Notes under the pieces: generated by a model | Told to the model about the DNA's origin: nothing | Databases searched by the model: none | The model's input: only the letters and a program-made list of their open reading frames with translations | Position numbers and translations under genes: made by a program | DNA from: an uncultured Gardnerella sp. | GTDB taxonomy: Bacteria > Actinomycetota > Actinomycetes > Actinomycetales > Bifidobacteriaceae | Length of the DNA: 64,000 nucleotides | Reading direction: 5' to 3' | NCBI GenBank assembly: GCA_947289115.1 | Contig: CAMYPG010000005.1 | Coordinates: 2,038-66,037 of the forward strand | Shown: positions 49,519 to 59,048 of the stretch, in pieces | Position numbering within the stretch: position 1 is the first letter of the stretch | Layout: every line of letters starts with the position of its first letter

Positions 49519-51369
49519 ATGAGTACAGATTCATTGAACCTCAAAGTATCCCAGGATGACACAACGGCCGTGAGTGTCGTATTCGGAACCGATGCGCAGG
49601 AATCCGACGCGCTGAAGGACGCGCTCTGGTGGAAACAGGCTTCGGTCTATCAGATCTACCCGAGGTCATTCAGCGACAGCACTGGATCGGGTTTGGGTGA
49701 TATCAAGGGCATCACCTCAAGAATGGACTATCTGAGCGATCTGGGCATCGATGCGATCTGGCTCAGCCCTTTCTACCCCTCCCATTTGCTCGATGGCGGA
49801 TATGATGTGGACGATTATCGCAATGTGGACAGTCGTCTGGGCACGATGGATGATTTCAGCGAAATGGTCGAGGCCGCGCACTCCCGCGATATCAAGGTCG
49901 TGGTGGACATCGTGCCGAACCATACCTCCAGCCATCATCCGTGGTTCCAGCAGGCCCTGAATTCGGAACCGGGTTCCGCGGCGAGAGAACGGTATATCTT
50001 CCGCGAGGGGCGGGGCGAGCATGGCGAGTTGCCGCCGACGAACTGGATCGCCAACTTCGGCGGTCCCGCCTGGAAGCGTGTGGCCGACGGCCAATGGTAT
50101 CTGCATCTCTTCACGCCCGATCAGCCCGATCTCAACTGGGATAACAGGGAGGTGCGTGATGACTTCCTCAAGACGCTGCGGTTCTGGTGTGACCGTGGTG
50201 TGGACGGTTTCCGCGTCGATGTCGCACACGGTTTGGCCAAGGACCTGGACCGGGATGACCTTGACCAGTGGGATGTTGACGTATTCAAGCCCATTCCCTC
50301 CGATGGCTCGCATCCGACCTATGACCGCGATGAGGTGCATGAGATCTACCGTGAATGGAGGAAGCTGTTCAACCAGTACAATCCTCCGCGTTTCGCGGTT
50401 GCGGAGGCCTGGGTGAACCCTGACAGGCAGCATCTGTACGCCAGCCCCAAAGAGCTCGGACAGGTATTCAACTTCGAATTCGCGAAGAAGAACTGGATCC
50501 GCGACGAGATGCACGAGGCCATTGCCGAAGGCATCGCATCGGCGAAGCAGTCCGGCTCGACCTCGACCTGGGTGATGAGTAACCACGATGTGCCGCGCAA
50601 TGCCAGCAGATACGCCTTGCCCCAGGTTTCCGTACCGGGGCATCAGCATCAGCTCGCTTTGGATTGGCTGCTGCGTGATGGCAAGACCTATGTCGAGGAT
50701 CGCGCGCTCGGCACCAAACGTGCCAGGGCCGCCATTCTGCTGGAACTTGCACTCCCCGGTTCCGCATACATCTATCAGGGTGAGGAGCTGGGCCTGTTCG
50801 AAGTGGCAGATATCCCCTGGGACCGGCTCGAAGACCCGACTGCCTTGCGCACCGCCCGTTCCGGTATGAGCAAAGGCCGTGATGGGTGCCGTGTGCCCCT
50901 GCCTTGGGTCGCGGCGGATGCCGGTGTTCGTGATGGTGGGAGTGCTTTCGCGCAGACAGGGTCCTTCGGTTTTTCGCCTGAACGTACGCAGGACGGGGAG
51001 ACCCCGACCCGGCCGCATCTCCCTCAGCCCTTGTGGTTCCGTGATTTCGCCGTTGACCGAGAGCGGGCGGACCGTAACTCGATGCTCAACCTGTATCGTC
51101 GGGCGCTCGCCTTACGTCATGAGTTGAAGCTGTATGACACCGATCTCGAATGGTTGGAGCAGGATGCGGAATCCGGAAGCAAAGACGGAGCGGACGGCAA
51201 TGCGGGCGGTGTGATCGCCTATCGTCGCAGCAATGGCTGGGCGAATCTGACGAACTTCGGTGCCACGCCAGCCGCCCTGCCTGAGGGCGATGTACTGCTG
51301 TGCTCGGGAGAGCTGACTGCGGACGGCATGCTGCCGCAGGACACCAGCGTGTGGATGCGTTTGCGGTAA
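49519..51369 (+). CDS. GH13 alpha-glucosidase / oligo-1,6-glucosidase
   Basis: YQIYPRSF, DIVPNH, GFRVDVAH, VAEAW, SNHD, YQGEELG and RDGCRVP; catalytic D/E/D intact; no signal peptide. Confidence 0.94.
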   Translation: MSTDSLNLKVSQDDTTAVSVVFGTDAQESDALKDALWWKQASVYQIYPRSFSDSTGSGLGDIKGITSRMDYLSDLGIDAIWLSPFYPSHLLDGGYDVDDYRNVDSRLGTMDDFSEMVEAAHSRDIKVVVDIVPNHTSSHHPWFQQALNSEPGSAARERYIFREGRGEHGELPPTNWIANFGGPAWKRVADGQWYLHLFTPDQPDLNWDNREVRDDFLKTLRFWCDRGVDGFRVDVAHGLAKDLDRDDLDQWDVDVFKPIPSDGSHPTYDRDEVHEIYREWRKLFNQYNPPRFAVAEAWVNPDRQHLYASPKELGQVFNFEFAKKNWIRDEMHEAIAEGIASAKQSGSTSTWVMSNHDVPRNASRYALPQVSVPGHQHQLALDWLLRDGKTYVEDRALGTKRARAAILLELALPGSAYIYQGEELGLFEVADIPWDRLEDPTALRTARSGMSKGRDGCRVPLPWVAADAGVRDGGSAFAQTGSFGFSPERTQDGETPTRPHLPQPLWFRDFAVDRERADRNSMLNLYRRALALRHELKLYDTDLEWLEQDAESGSKDGADGNAGGVIAYRRSNGWANLTNFGATPAALPEGDVLLCSGELTADGMLPQDTSVWMRLR

Positions 51370-51390
51370 CGGGCGGGGAGGAACATCACC

Positions 51391-52659
51391 ATGAGTACAC
51401 AGGTCCGGACCGCGGCGTCGAAACGCCCCACATCCCTCAGCACAAGTGCCTTCTGGCGCTTCATGATTGGTTTCTTCGTCTTCAATACCTTGATTTATGC
51501 GGGTTTCACGATGGTGACCGGCATATTGATGCCTCAGAAGCTCAAGGATCTCGGTATTGCGGATTACAGTTCAGCTCTCGGCACCATCAGTATGGTCGGG
51601 GCCGTGCTCTCCATGTTCATCAACGTATTCCTGGGTGCCCTTTCCGACCGGACGCGAACCCGATTCGGCAAACGTTCCCCCTGGATAGTCGTCGGTGCTC
51701 TGCTGACGGGTCTAGGTTTCTTCATCATCAGTCTGCCTGCGACCTGGGTGGGCATCGGCATTGCCTACTGTGTGTCTCTGATAGGTCTCAATATGATGGT
51801 GGCCCCTATCACTGCGGTGCTTTCCGATCGCATCCCGGAAACCCGTCGCGCCACGATTTCCGCGGCCTTCGGTGGCGGAGCCGTGGTCGGGCAGGCCGTC
51901 GGCAATCTGGTTGCCGCGGCTTTCATCATGCATGTGCTTCTCGGTTTCGGCGTGGCATCCGTGCTGCTGATCCTTTCCGGCATACTGGCGGTTACCGTAT
52001 TCCCGCGTGAGGGAAGCAACCGTGACGATCCTCGTGAACAGGGAAGCCTGTGGCAGGTCCTTCGTTGGTCCTTCACCCCGCCCATACGGGGTGCCGGTGA
52101 TTTCTGGAAGGCCTTCGTGTGCAGGACCGGTCTGATCATCGCCTATCAGATGGTGACCTCCTTCCAGCTGTACATCCTTCAGGATTACATCGGTGAATCC
52201 CGTCATACATCGGCGACCGCGATTTCGGTGATGTCGATTATCACGATGATCGTCTCCCTGGTGGCGACCTTCTCGTCAGGGCCTGTTACGGATAAAATCG
52301 GCCGGCGCAAGCCTTCGATCTTCATCGCAGGGGTGCTGTATGCGGTCGGTATCGCGATGCCGTGGCTGATGCCATCCCGGATGGGCATGTTCCTCTTTGC
52401 GGGTATCTCAGGTTTCGGTTACGGCATGTACATGGCGGTCGATCAGGCCATCAACGTTGATGTGCTCCCGGATGAGAAAACAGCGGGCAAGGATCTGGGC
52501 TTCCTGAACATCGCCACATGCGCCGGGCAGGCCATCGGATCTTCGGTGACTTCAATCGTCGTCGCGGTGACGGGTGGTTATTTCTGGGTGTTCCCGGTGG
52601 CGATACTGATGACTGTTGTTTCGGTGGTATCCGCACTGTCGATTCGGCGCATACGCTGA
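51391..52659 (+). CDS. MFS transporter (probable sugar)
   Basis: GALSDRTRTRFGKRSPW and TDKIGRRK motifs; about 12 TMs. Confidence 0.92.
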   Translation: MSTQVRTAASKRPTSLSTSAFWRFMIGFFVFNTLIYAGFTMVTGILMPQKLKDLGIADYSSALGTISMVGAVLSMFINVFLGALSDRTRTRFGKRSPWIVVGALLTGLGFFIISLPATWVGIGIAYCVSLIGLNMMVAPITAVLSDRIPETRRATISAAFGGGAVVGQAVGNLVAAAFIMHVLLGFGVASVLLILSGILAVTVFPREGSNRDDPREQGSLWQVLRWSFTPPIRGAGDFWKAFVCRTGLIIAYQMVTSFQLYILQDYIGESRHTSATAISVMSIITMIVSLVATFSSGPVTDKIGRRKPSIFIAGVLYAVGIAMPWLMPSRMGMFLFAGISGFGYGMYMAVDQAINVDVLPDEKTAGKDLGFLNIATCAGQAIGSSVTSIVVAVTGGYFWVFPVAILMTVVSVVSALSIRRIR

Positions 52660-52836
52660 TAGGGGTCCGGATATGCAATCAGGCTGGCGTAGGGGGCGCC
52701 GGCCTGAACTGTTGAGGAAGAGAGAAGAAGGATTCAATTATGGTTATCGGGAAGTCTGCAGAAGGGGAATCTGGGGCTAATGCCCATTTTGTGTGTCTTT
52801 ATTTTGGTGTTTTTGCTGGTGGTATTGCGTAATTTG

Positions 52837-54225
52837 GGGTTATAGGTCAAAAAGTGTGTAAAGCTAAGTTGATGAGTATTCTTAAAATAGAAGCAGTCAG
52901 CTTAGCTTTTTAACAACTACTGGTAGTCTTCATGACTCTTATGGAACTCATTCCAATCAACACCAGTACCATATCTTGCTGGTATTCCAAATACTTCAGA
53001 CAATCCTTGATTAGAACGCTCCCAGGCTTGCCTATAGAGTTGTTCTATACGTTTACTAGTAAAAGAATGAGTGACTATCCAAGACTTATCTCTTGGCTTA
53101 CTCGTGTTTAAATAACACCACCAGCATATAGCATGTATACGTTTTAACAAGCTCAATCCACGATGATTACGTAGCATAGCGCGAATTCTACTATTCATTG
53201 ATTCAATAGCATTATTAGTTGGTGGAATAGGATGATTGCAATCTTCTGGAGGATTAAGAAAAGTAAACATATAACCCTCGCAAATACGCCTATCAATCAT
53301 TGATTTAGCACGAACTAGTCTTTGATGAGTATCAGCAATACTACCATCACAATACTTGCTTTTCTCTTTAAGAAAATCACTCCAAGTATTCACCCAATTA
53401 TTGTAAGAAATAAGCCAATGACGAGCTTGATCTTCTGTTTTTATGCCAGAAACAATGTTAGCTAATGATAGTAATTGCTTACCAGGAGTAAGACGAGGAT
53501 TAACTCCAGTTAAAGCTTTAATGTTAAGACCTATATGGAATAAGCAACGTTGTATTTTCGTGTTAGGCCAATATGTTTTTACTGCTTTACGAATACCACC
53601 AGAACCATCACAAACTACTACTAGCGGTTCCGCAATACGCTGCATGAGGTAACCCCACGCGCGACTATGCTCGCTACGAGCCACGTACCAGCCTAAAACA
53701 TGTTTACCAGAGTAAGCGATTAATATTACAGATTTACGTTCTAAATGAATACCATCAACGTGAATGTAATCATAAACTTCGAATGGTACTTGTGGCCATA
53801 AGTCCCATAAAAGCTTATTTTTACGTCTTAAGGTACGGGCTGAGAAATCGTATGAATACTTATCTTGAGTTTTATTAGATAAAAGCCAATTTAAACTAAC
53901 TGTTAAATCGTTTGATTTTTTATCATACGTTCTACTTTTAGAAGCTCCGCAGTTAGGACAACGGTATCCAGTAGTGCCAGCATTGGTGTGACCATTCTTG
54001 CTCATTTTGTGATGACAGTTATCGCATAGTGGGTTATTCATACAAATGAAGAATAACCCACATTCGATATACCACGAGCCCTACTGCCATAAGAGTTATG
54101 AGCTTATTTTTTACACACTTTTTGTCCGGGTGGCGAATGTGCAGAAAACAGATTCGATTACCGCAAAACCCTTGTATTGCAAGGCCTAAGGCATGATTTC
54201 TTACACACTTTTTGGCCTATAACCC
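52837..54225 (-). mobile_element. IS256-family (IS1249-like) insertion sequence, 1389 bp
   Basis: 25-bp terminal IRs GGGTTATAGG(T/C)CAAAAAGTGTGTAA with 24/25 match; no flanking target duplication seen. Confidence 0.92.
52917..54041 (-). CDS. IS1249-like transposase
   Basis: N-terminal CxxC...CxxC; HVDG, VCDG, QRCLFH and TNNAIESMN (DDE). Confidence 0.92.
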   Translation of the reverse strand: MNNPLCDNCHHKMSKNGHTNAGTTGYRCPNCGASKSRTYDKKSNDLTVSLNWLLSNKTQDKYSYDFSARTLRRKNKLLWDLWPQVPFEVYDYIHVDGIHLERKSVILIAYSGKHVLGWYVARSEHSRAWGYLMQRIAEPLVVVCDGSGGIRKAVKTYWPNTKIQRCLFHIGLNIKALTGVNPRLTPGKQLLSLANIVSGIKTEDQARHWLISYNNWVNTWSDFLKEKSKYCDGSIADTHQRLVRAKSMIDRRICEGYMFTFLNPPEDCNHPIPPTNNAIESMNSRIRAMLRNHRGLSLLKRIHAICWWCYLNTSKPRDKSWIVTHSFTSKRIEQLYRQAWERSNQGLSEVFGIPARYGTGVDWNEFHKSHEDYQ

Positions 54226-54485
54226 ATAATCCGATTCACTGTATTCCCTGTATTCCCACTTAATCGTCGCAAATTGCCAGCAGCCGCCGTAATTGTGTGT
54301 AATTGTGCACAATCGTGTATAACAATGTGGATAACTACCCTCTAAAATAGGCTTTAACCACATTGATAAATTTTTATTTACATAATTAAATCCCTAAATC
54401 ATAGTTAGAGCATGAGCGATTTTTCGTTCATCGTGGCTAGCAAAACGTTTGTCACGTAAGAGAAAACAACGTTTAAGGAGTTGAT

Positions 54486-57400
54486 ATGGGAAAACATGTA
54501 TGTAAAAAGATTCCAATCTTTTTACGCAATAAGCGCACGCGAATGTTCTCTTTACTGACAGCGTTGCTGGCGACTATTGCAATTGTTGTTGGAAATGGTG
54601 TAATTAGCGGAGCATATGCGTTTGACGATATTCCTACGTATATAAGCAATTACTCTGGTTGCGGAGCTGAAGGTGAAAATGAAAGATTGTATTCAGTTAA
54701 TGACGACATTACATATTGCGTTGATCTTTATGAGTCTGGAAACGCGTTTGCAGATACTTCTTGGAATCCTGTAGTAAATAATCGTGATGTTGCGATTGCT
54801 GCAATGATGATAAAACTGAGCGTTAATGGAAAGTATTGGCGAGGTGACTATAGAGACAGAGTTGCAATTGCTTATGCTATTCATGAACATTTTGAAGATA
54901 AAGACAAATGGAATAATGCGAAACAGCATTCGTTCACCAGTACTAAAGATTTTAGTGAAATAGCTGCTAAAGCTGATGAACTTTGGAATGAAGCTGCTAG
55001 CAAAATTCCTACAAAAGTTTCATTTGAAAATTTGCATGGGACTTCAGGCAATTCTGGTGAAATAAAAGTAAAAGCAGAAGGAGTTCTAAGAACAGCATAT
55101 AACGGTGATGACGGTGTTGATTTTAAAATAACTGCATCGAATGGAAATATTATGTTCAAAGATAACTATTATTACAACAATAGTGAATTAAAAGCAGAAC
55201 GCAAAGGTTTTATACGTACAGACAAAGATTATTCAGATGAATTTGTTTGGGTTGCATCTGGAGAAGGCAAAGTTGATATTAATGGCGAATATTATCTTCC
55301 AAACTTGGAGAGAAGAGATACAAAAAGCGGTTGCTACTTGCTTAGGTTGTCGCAATCTCCTGTGAAATATAATATTGATAGTTCAATTTCTATTGATGCG
55401 CATAGAGATTTTTACCCAGCTGTTACATCAAAATCTGAAGTTAAAAAGTTAAAACTAGGCGATTCTGTAGAAGGTAATGTAAAAAGTAGCGTTAATAACG
55501 AAGAGAATAAGCCTTGGATTGAAAATAAGAAGATTCGTGCGCGCGGATACTACTTTGTAGGATCGTATGAAAATATTCTAAAAGAACGTGCAGTGGGTAG
55601 TAGCGTAGATGACTACATAAAAGAGTTGCGCGCTGATTCTAGCATTAGACAAGTAGGTGCAAGTGACGTTTACTTTACTAAATCAGGTGAAGAAGCTAAA
55701 ACAGTTGTTCATGTAACAGATGGAGATATGAAACCAGAAAATCTTGAAAAAGCAACAGAATATAAAGTTGGTGAACAAGATGCTGGACTATTTGGTACAT
55801 GGGTTTGGACTATTGCTAAAAATGAGCAAGATAATGACGTTAAAGATTTTGTTTCTAGTGATTTTATTGAAGGTTTTGGTAAAGCACAATCTACTTTAAC
55901 TCATATGGCAAAAGTAAACATAAAACATGTTAAAAATGCTAAAAATAAAGATTCAAATGAAGTATCAGATACGATTGTTGTTAGTGGCGCGCCAAAAGAT
56001 TACGGAATGTTTAAAGGCAATAAAGAGTATGGATTTGATGGCGATGAAAATATGAAAGTTCGCTTGTGGTGGATTGGGTATGAAAATGGCACTGTTGATA
56101 AAGAGTCTATGAGTAAGTTAAATCCAAAATCAGATAAAGAGCCTGAGGAAGACGATAATCACAAGAAAATTGGCGAATGGTCAGTTCCGCTTAGAAATGG
56201 CGTTTATACGATTGCTAACGGAAAAGTGATGCTAAAGGAAGATTCTGCGGATGGCGCTGGTAATAGTGGTGCTGTTGGCAATAGTGAAAAGGGTAATGAA
56301 AAAGAAGAGTCAGAGCTTGGAAAGAAAGTTGCCGATATTGTTAATTTGAAGTCTGGCAATTCGGGCGAAAGTGGAATGTATGTGTTTGTATATGATTTCC
56401 CTGGTTCTTCTAGAGCAGAAGCGTTTAAAACAGCGTTTAACGATGAAGACAGTAGAAGCAGATTTACTCAAGAAAAAGAAGAGCATAAAACAGTAAATAA
56501 TAATTCTGAAGGTAATACTGGTGACGCAAAGCCGAATGGTGATGCCAAGCCAAGTGGAGACGCAAAGCCGAGTGGTGAAAGTAAGCCAAGTGGTGACGTT
56601 AAACCAAATGGTAATAAGCCAGATGGTGATGCAAAGCCGAGCAATAATAAACCAAGTGGTGACGTTAAGCCGAATGGTGATGCGAAGCCGAATGGTGGTA
56701 ATAAAAGTGATAACGTATCTACGAATAACAATGATAATAAAGTAAACAACAATGATAATAAAGTAGAAGAATCTGGTGAAGTCACTAAGAATGAGATAGA
56801 TCCAAAAACGTCTGCTGGAGGCGCTGTTGTAGACAATATAGTCAATAAGCAAGACTCTCATGATCAAGGTGCGCAACAAAATAATAAACAAGATACTCAG
56901 TCAAATACGCAGCCAAATACTAATCAAAATACACAAAGTCAAGGCAATAGTACCCAAACTGCGCAGAATCAAGGTGGTCAAAATGCTGGTTCGCAAAAAC
57001 AACATAAGCAAACTGGTGATGTTGAAGGTAAACAAAATAGCAATATTAATGTAGATAGTTCTCAGAGTGGTTCTGATTCTCATTCTGCTGTTAATAGTGA
57101 TAATACAAATGTAAACGGTTCTTCGCAAAAGAATAATGAAAGTAACAAAGTCGATAAAAGTGATAAAGAAAATAATGCTGGCGTAGTAGATAAAACAAAC
57201 GCAGGTAAATCAGGTAAATCAGATAATGCTGGGAATGCTGGTAACACAGATAATGCTGGTAAATCAGATAATGCAAGAAACGCTGGTGGTGCTGGTAAAT
57301 CAGATAAATCTGTGAATGCAGAGAATACGGAAAATGCCGATAATGAGAATTTGAGTAGCAAAAATGCTCACAGTGATAAAGCAGATAAGTCATCTAAGAA

Positions 57401-57761
57401 AGATTCTGGTAGTAGCGTAACTGTGCATAAAGGCAATACGAATAGTGATAAAAAAGATGGTCGCACAACAAAGAGAACAGCTTCTGCAGCGGTTTCCAGC
57501 CTAAATACTGATGAACAGAATGATAATAAATCTAAAAAAGAAGCATCTGATTTAGGATCTGAGTCTCTTGCAGAAAGCCAATCAGAATATACAAATACAA
57601 AAAGGAATAAGCGCAGGCATGCTCGTGCAGGTGTTGTAAGTGCCACATCTTTATTTAATGCTGGTATAAAAATTGAGAGTGTCTTGATGCTTTCTATGGC
57701 AGTATTACTTATTGCTGGTGCTATAGTTTTGGGAAAAAATATATATCGCGTTGTATATTAA
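54486..57761 (+). CDS. Large surface/secreted protein with repeat-rich stalk and C-terminal anchor
   Basis: Signal peptide ending AYA; YCVD; N/S/D/K-rich repeats; LFNAG plus hydrophobic helix and short basic tail. Confidence 0.85.
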   Translation: MGKHVCKKIPIFLRNKRTRMFSLLTALLATIAIVVGNGVISGAYAFDDIPTYISNYSGCGAEGENERLYSVNDDITYCVDLYESGNAFADTSWNPVVNNRDVAIAAMMIKLSVNGKYWRGDYRDRVAIAYAIHEHFEDKDKWNNAKQHSFTSTKDFSEIAAKADELWNEAASKIPTKVSFENLHGTSGNSGEIKVKAEGVLRTAYNGDDGVDFKITASNGNIMFKDNYYYNNSELKAERKGFIRTDKDYSDEFVWVASGEGKVDINGEYYLPNLERRDTKSGCYLLRLSQSPVKYNIDSSISIDAHRDFYPAVTSKSEVKKLKLGDSVEGNVKSSVNNEENKPWIENKKIRARGYYFVGSYENILKERAVGSSVDDYIKELRADSSIRQVGASDVYFTKSGEEAKTVVHVTDGDMKPENLEKATEYKVGEQDAGLFGTWVWTIAKNEQDNDVKDFVSSDFIEGFGKAQSTLTHMAKVNIKHVKNAKNKDSNEVSDTIVVSGAPKDYGMFKGNKEYGFDGDENMKVRLWWIGYENGTVDKESMSKLNPKSDKEPEEDDNHKKIGEWSVPLRNGVYTIANGKVMLKEDSADGAGNSGAVGNSEKGNEKEESELGKKVADIVNLKSGNSGESGMYVFVYDFPGSSRAEAFKTAFNDEDSRSRFTQEKEEHKTVNNNSEGNTGDAKPNGDAKPSGDAKPSGESKPSGDVKPNGNKPDGDAKPSNNKPSGDVKPNGDAKPNGGNKSDNVSTNNNDNKVNNNDNKVEESGEVTKNEIDPKTSAGGAVVDNIVNKQDSHDQGAQQNNKQDTQSNTQPNTNQNTQSQGNSTQTAQNQGGQNAGSQKQHKQTGDVEGKQNSNINVDSSQSGSDSHSAVNSDNTNVNGSSQKNNESNKVDKSDKENNAGVVDKTNAGKSGKSDNAGNAGNTDNAGKSDNARNAGGAGKSDKSVNAENTENADNENLSSKNAHSDKADKSSKKDSGSSVTVHKGNTNSDKKDGRTTKRTASAAVSSLNTDEQNDNKSKKEASDLGSESLAESQSEYTNTKRNKRRHARAGVVSATSLFNAGIKIESVLMLSMAVLLIAGAIVLGKNIYRVVY
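56518..56700 (+). repeat. Coding 18-bp tandem repeats GD(A/V)KP(N/S)
   Basis: About eight hexapeptide units, e.g. GGTGATGCCAAGCCAAGT. Confidence 0.85.
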
Positions 57762-57780
57762 CAAAATATTAAATACAAAT

Positions 57781-57894
57781 AAAATTGTTGCGTTGTATAA
57801 TATGCATAATTTATTCTATAGATATCGTTTTCTATAGATATAGTTTATTGATGTGGCGTAGTTTATGCATGCATACTATACAACGCACAATTTT
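57781..57894. repeat. Long imperfect inverted repeat with internal direct repeat
   Basis: Arms 57781-57807 and 57869-57894; TTCTATAGATAT occurs twice in the spacer. Confidence 0.75.
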
Positions 57895-57941
57895 GATATA
57901 GACAATATGTAAGAAGTACTGTTTATACTACGAGGTTTTAT

Positions 57942-58235
57942 ATGAGCGACTACAACATAGATAAAGAAAAAATGTTGGTTCGTCTACATAGGGTATGTGG
58001 ACAGGTTCATGCTGTTGAGAATATGATCGAAAAGGGAGAAGATTATACAAATATTCTTATGCAGCTTTCTGCTTCTACTGCAGCTCTTAGAGCTGTTGCT
58101 CTTATAGTTGCTCATCAGGAAATCTCAAAAGCTTTAGAGGCGGCGCAAAATGCTTCAGATCAAAAAGTTACCGACAAGAAAGTTGCTGAACTTGTTGATG
58201 TTGTAGATCATTTAATGAGATACGATAAATCGTGA
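57942..58235 (+). CDS. CsoR/RcnR-family regulator
   Basis: RLHRVCGQVHAVENMIE...ILMQLSA...ALRAV. Confidence 0.85.
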   Translation: MSDYNIDKEKMLVRLHRVCGQVHAVENMIEKGEDYTNILMQLSASTAALRAVALIVAHQEISKALEAAQNASDQKVTDKKVAELVDVVDHLMRYDKS

Positions 58236-58313
58236 TTTGTGATTCTAACGGTTTCGTATGATTTATCGATAGCGTTTAAACTGTTTGAATTGAAAACGAT
58301 TTGAATATTAAGT

Positions 58314-58955
58314 ATGAATAATATGCGAACCGTAACTGATTTATGCGAAAATCCTGCGCACTTTGCCTTCGTGGAAAAGAAGTCTGAATTTATTTCAGAT
58401 GCTTGCCATATAACAACTCTTGAAGAAGCAATAGATTTTGTAGAGTCTATTAGGCTAACACATCCTAAGGCGCGGCACGTGGCTTATGCTGCTGTGTGCG
58501 GAGACAATAATGGCAGACTGTGTGAGCGCATGAGTGACGACGGAGAGCCTTCAGGTACTGCTGGGAAGCCTATTCTAGATGTTGTAAGGGCTTCTAATCT
58601 TACAGATACAGTTGTAACAGTTACGCGTTATTTTGGTGGGATTTTGCTTGGCTCTGGTGGATTGATGCGCGCTTACTCACATGCAGCAGCTGGCGCTATA
58701 CAGTCGAGCAAAATGGCAGATATCATAGAATGTAATTGTTTTTCTTGCAAAGTCGAATATGCTCAGCTAAGAATGTTTAAACGCTTATTGCTAAAGCATA
58801 ACGCAGAAATTATGGATGAAGAATACGGAATTTCTGTAGATTTAAAGGTTTGTGTTCCTTTTGAAGAATCAGATAGATTTTTAGAATCAGTGAAAAATAC
58901 ATTTTCAGCTATAATAATTCCTAAATCATGTGGTGTTTACAGTAGGATTTCCTGA
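58314..58955 (+). CDS. YigZ/IMPACT-family protein
   Basis: EKKSEF, DDGEPSGTAG and VTRYFGGILLGSGGL motifs. Confidence 0.93.
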   Translation: MNNMRTVTDLCENPAHFAFVEKKSEFISDACHITTLEEAIDFVESIRLTHPKARHVAYAAVCGDNNGRLCERMSDDGEPSGTAGKPILDVVRASNLTDTVVTVTRYFGGILLGSGGLMRAYSHAAAGAIQSSKMADIIECNCFSCKVEYAQLRMFKRLLLKHNAEIMDEEYGISVDLKVCVPFEESDRFLESVKNTFSAIIIPKSCGVYSRIS

Positions 58956-59048
58956 TAAAGTTTTCTCACCTTGTCTGTTTTAGAATTTGTGGCGTAAAAC
59001 TGATACATTATATTGGATATTGGTAGCTAAAAGGTTGGTGAGTAGATT

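Larger units (their letters stand above)
48581..52773. mobile_element. GC-rich horizontally acquired sugar-utilisation segment
   Basis: Abrupt switch to GC-rich sequence and G/C-ending codons; IS ends on both sides. Confidence 0.88.

Noticed and set aside
49717..51018. 433-aa minus-strand ORF and the other overlapping ORFs in the GC-rich segment
   Set aside because: Stop-poor antisense frames are expected in high-GC coding DNA.
48420..54300. Integrase-mediated island at tRNA-Ser
   Set aside because: No integrase and no duplicated tRNA 3' end were seen; the boundaries are IS ends.
56310..57646. Minus-strand hydrophobic ORFs
   Set aside because: Antisense to the low-complexity repeats of the surface protein.
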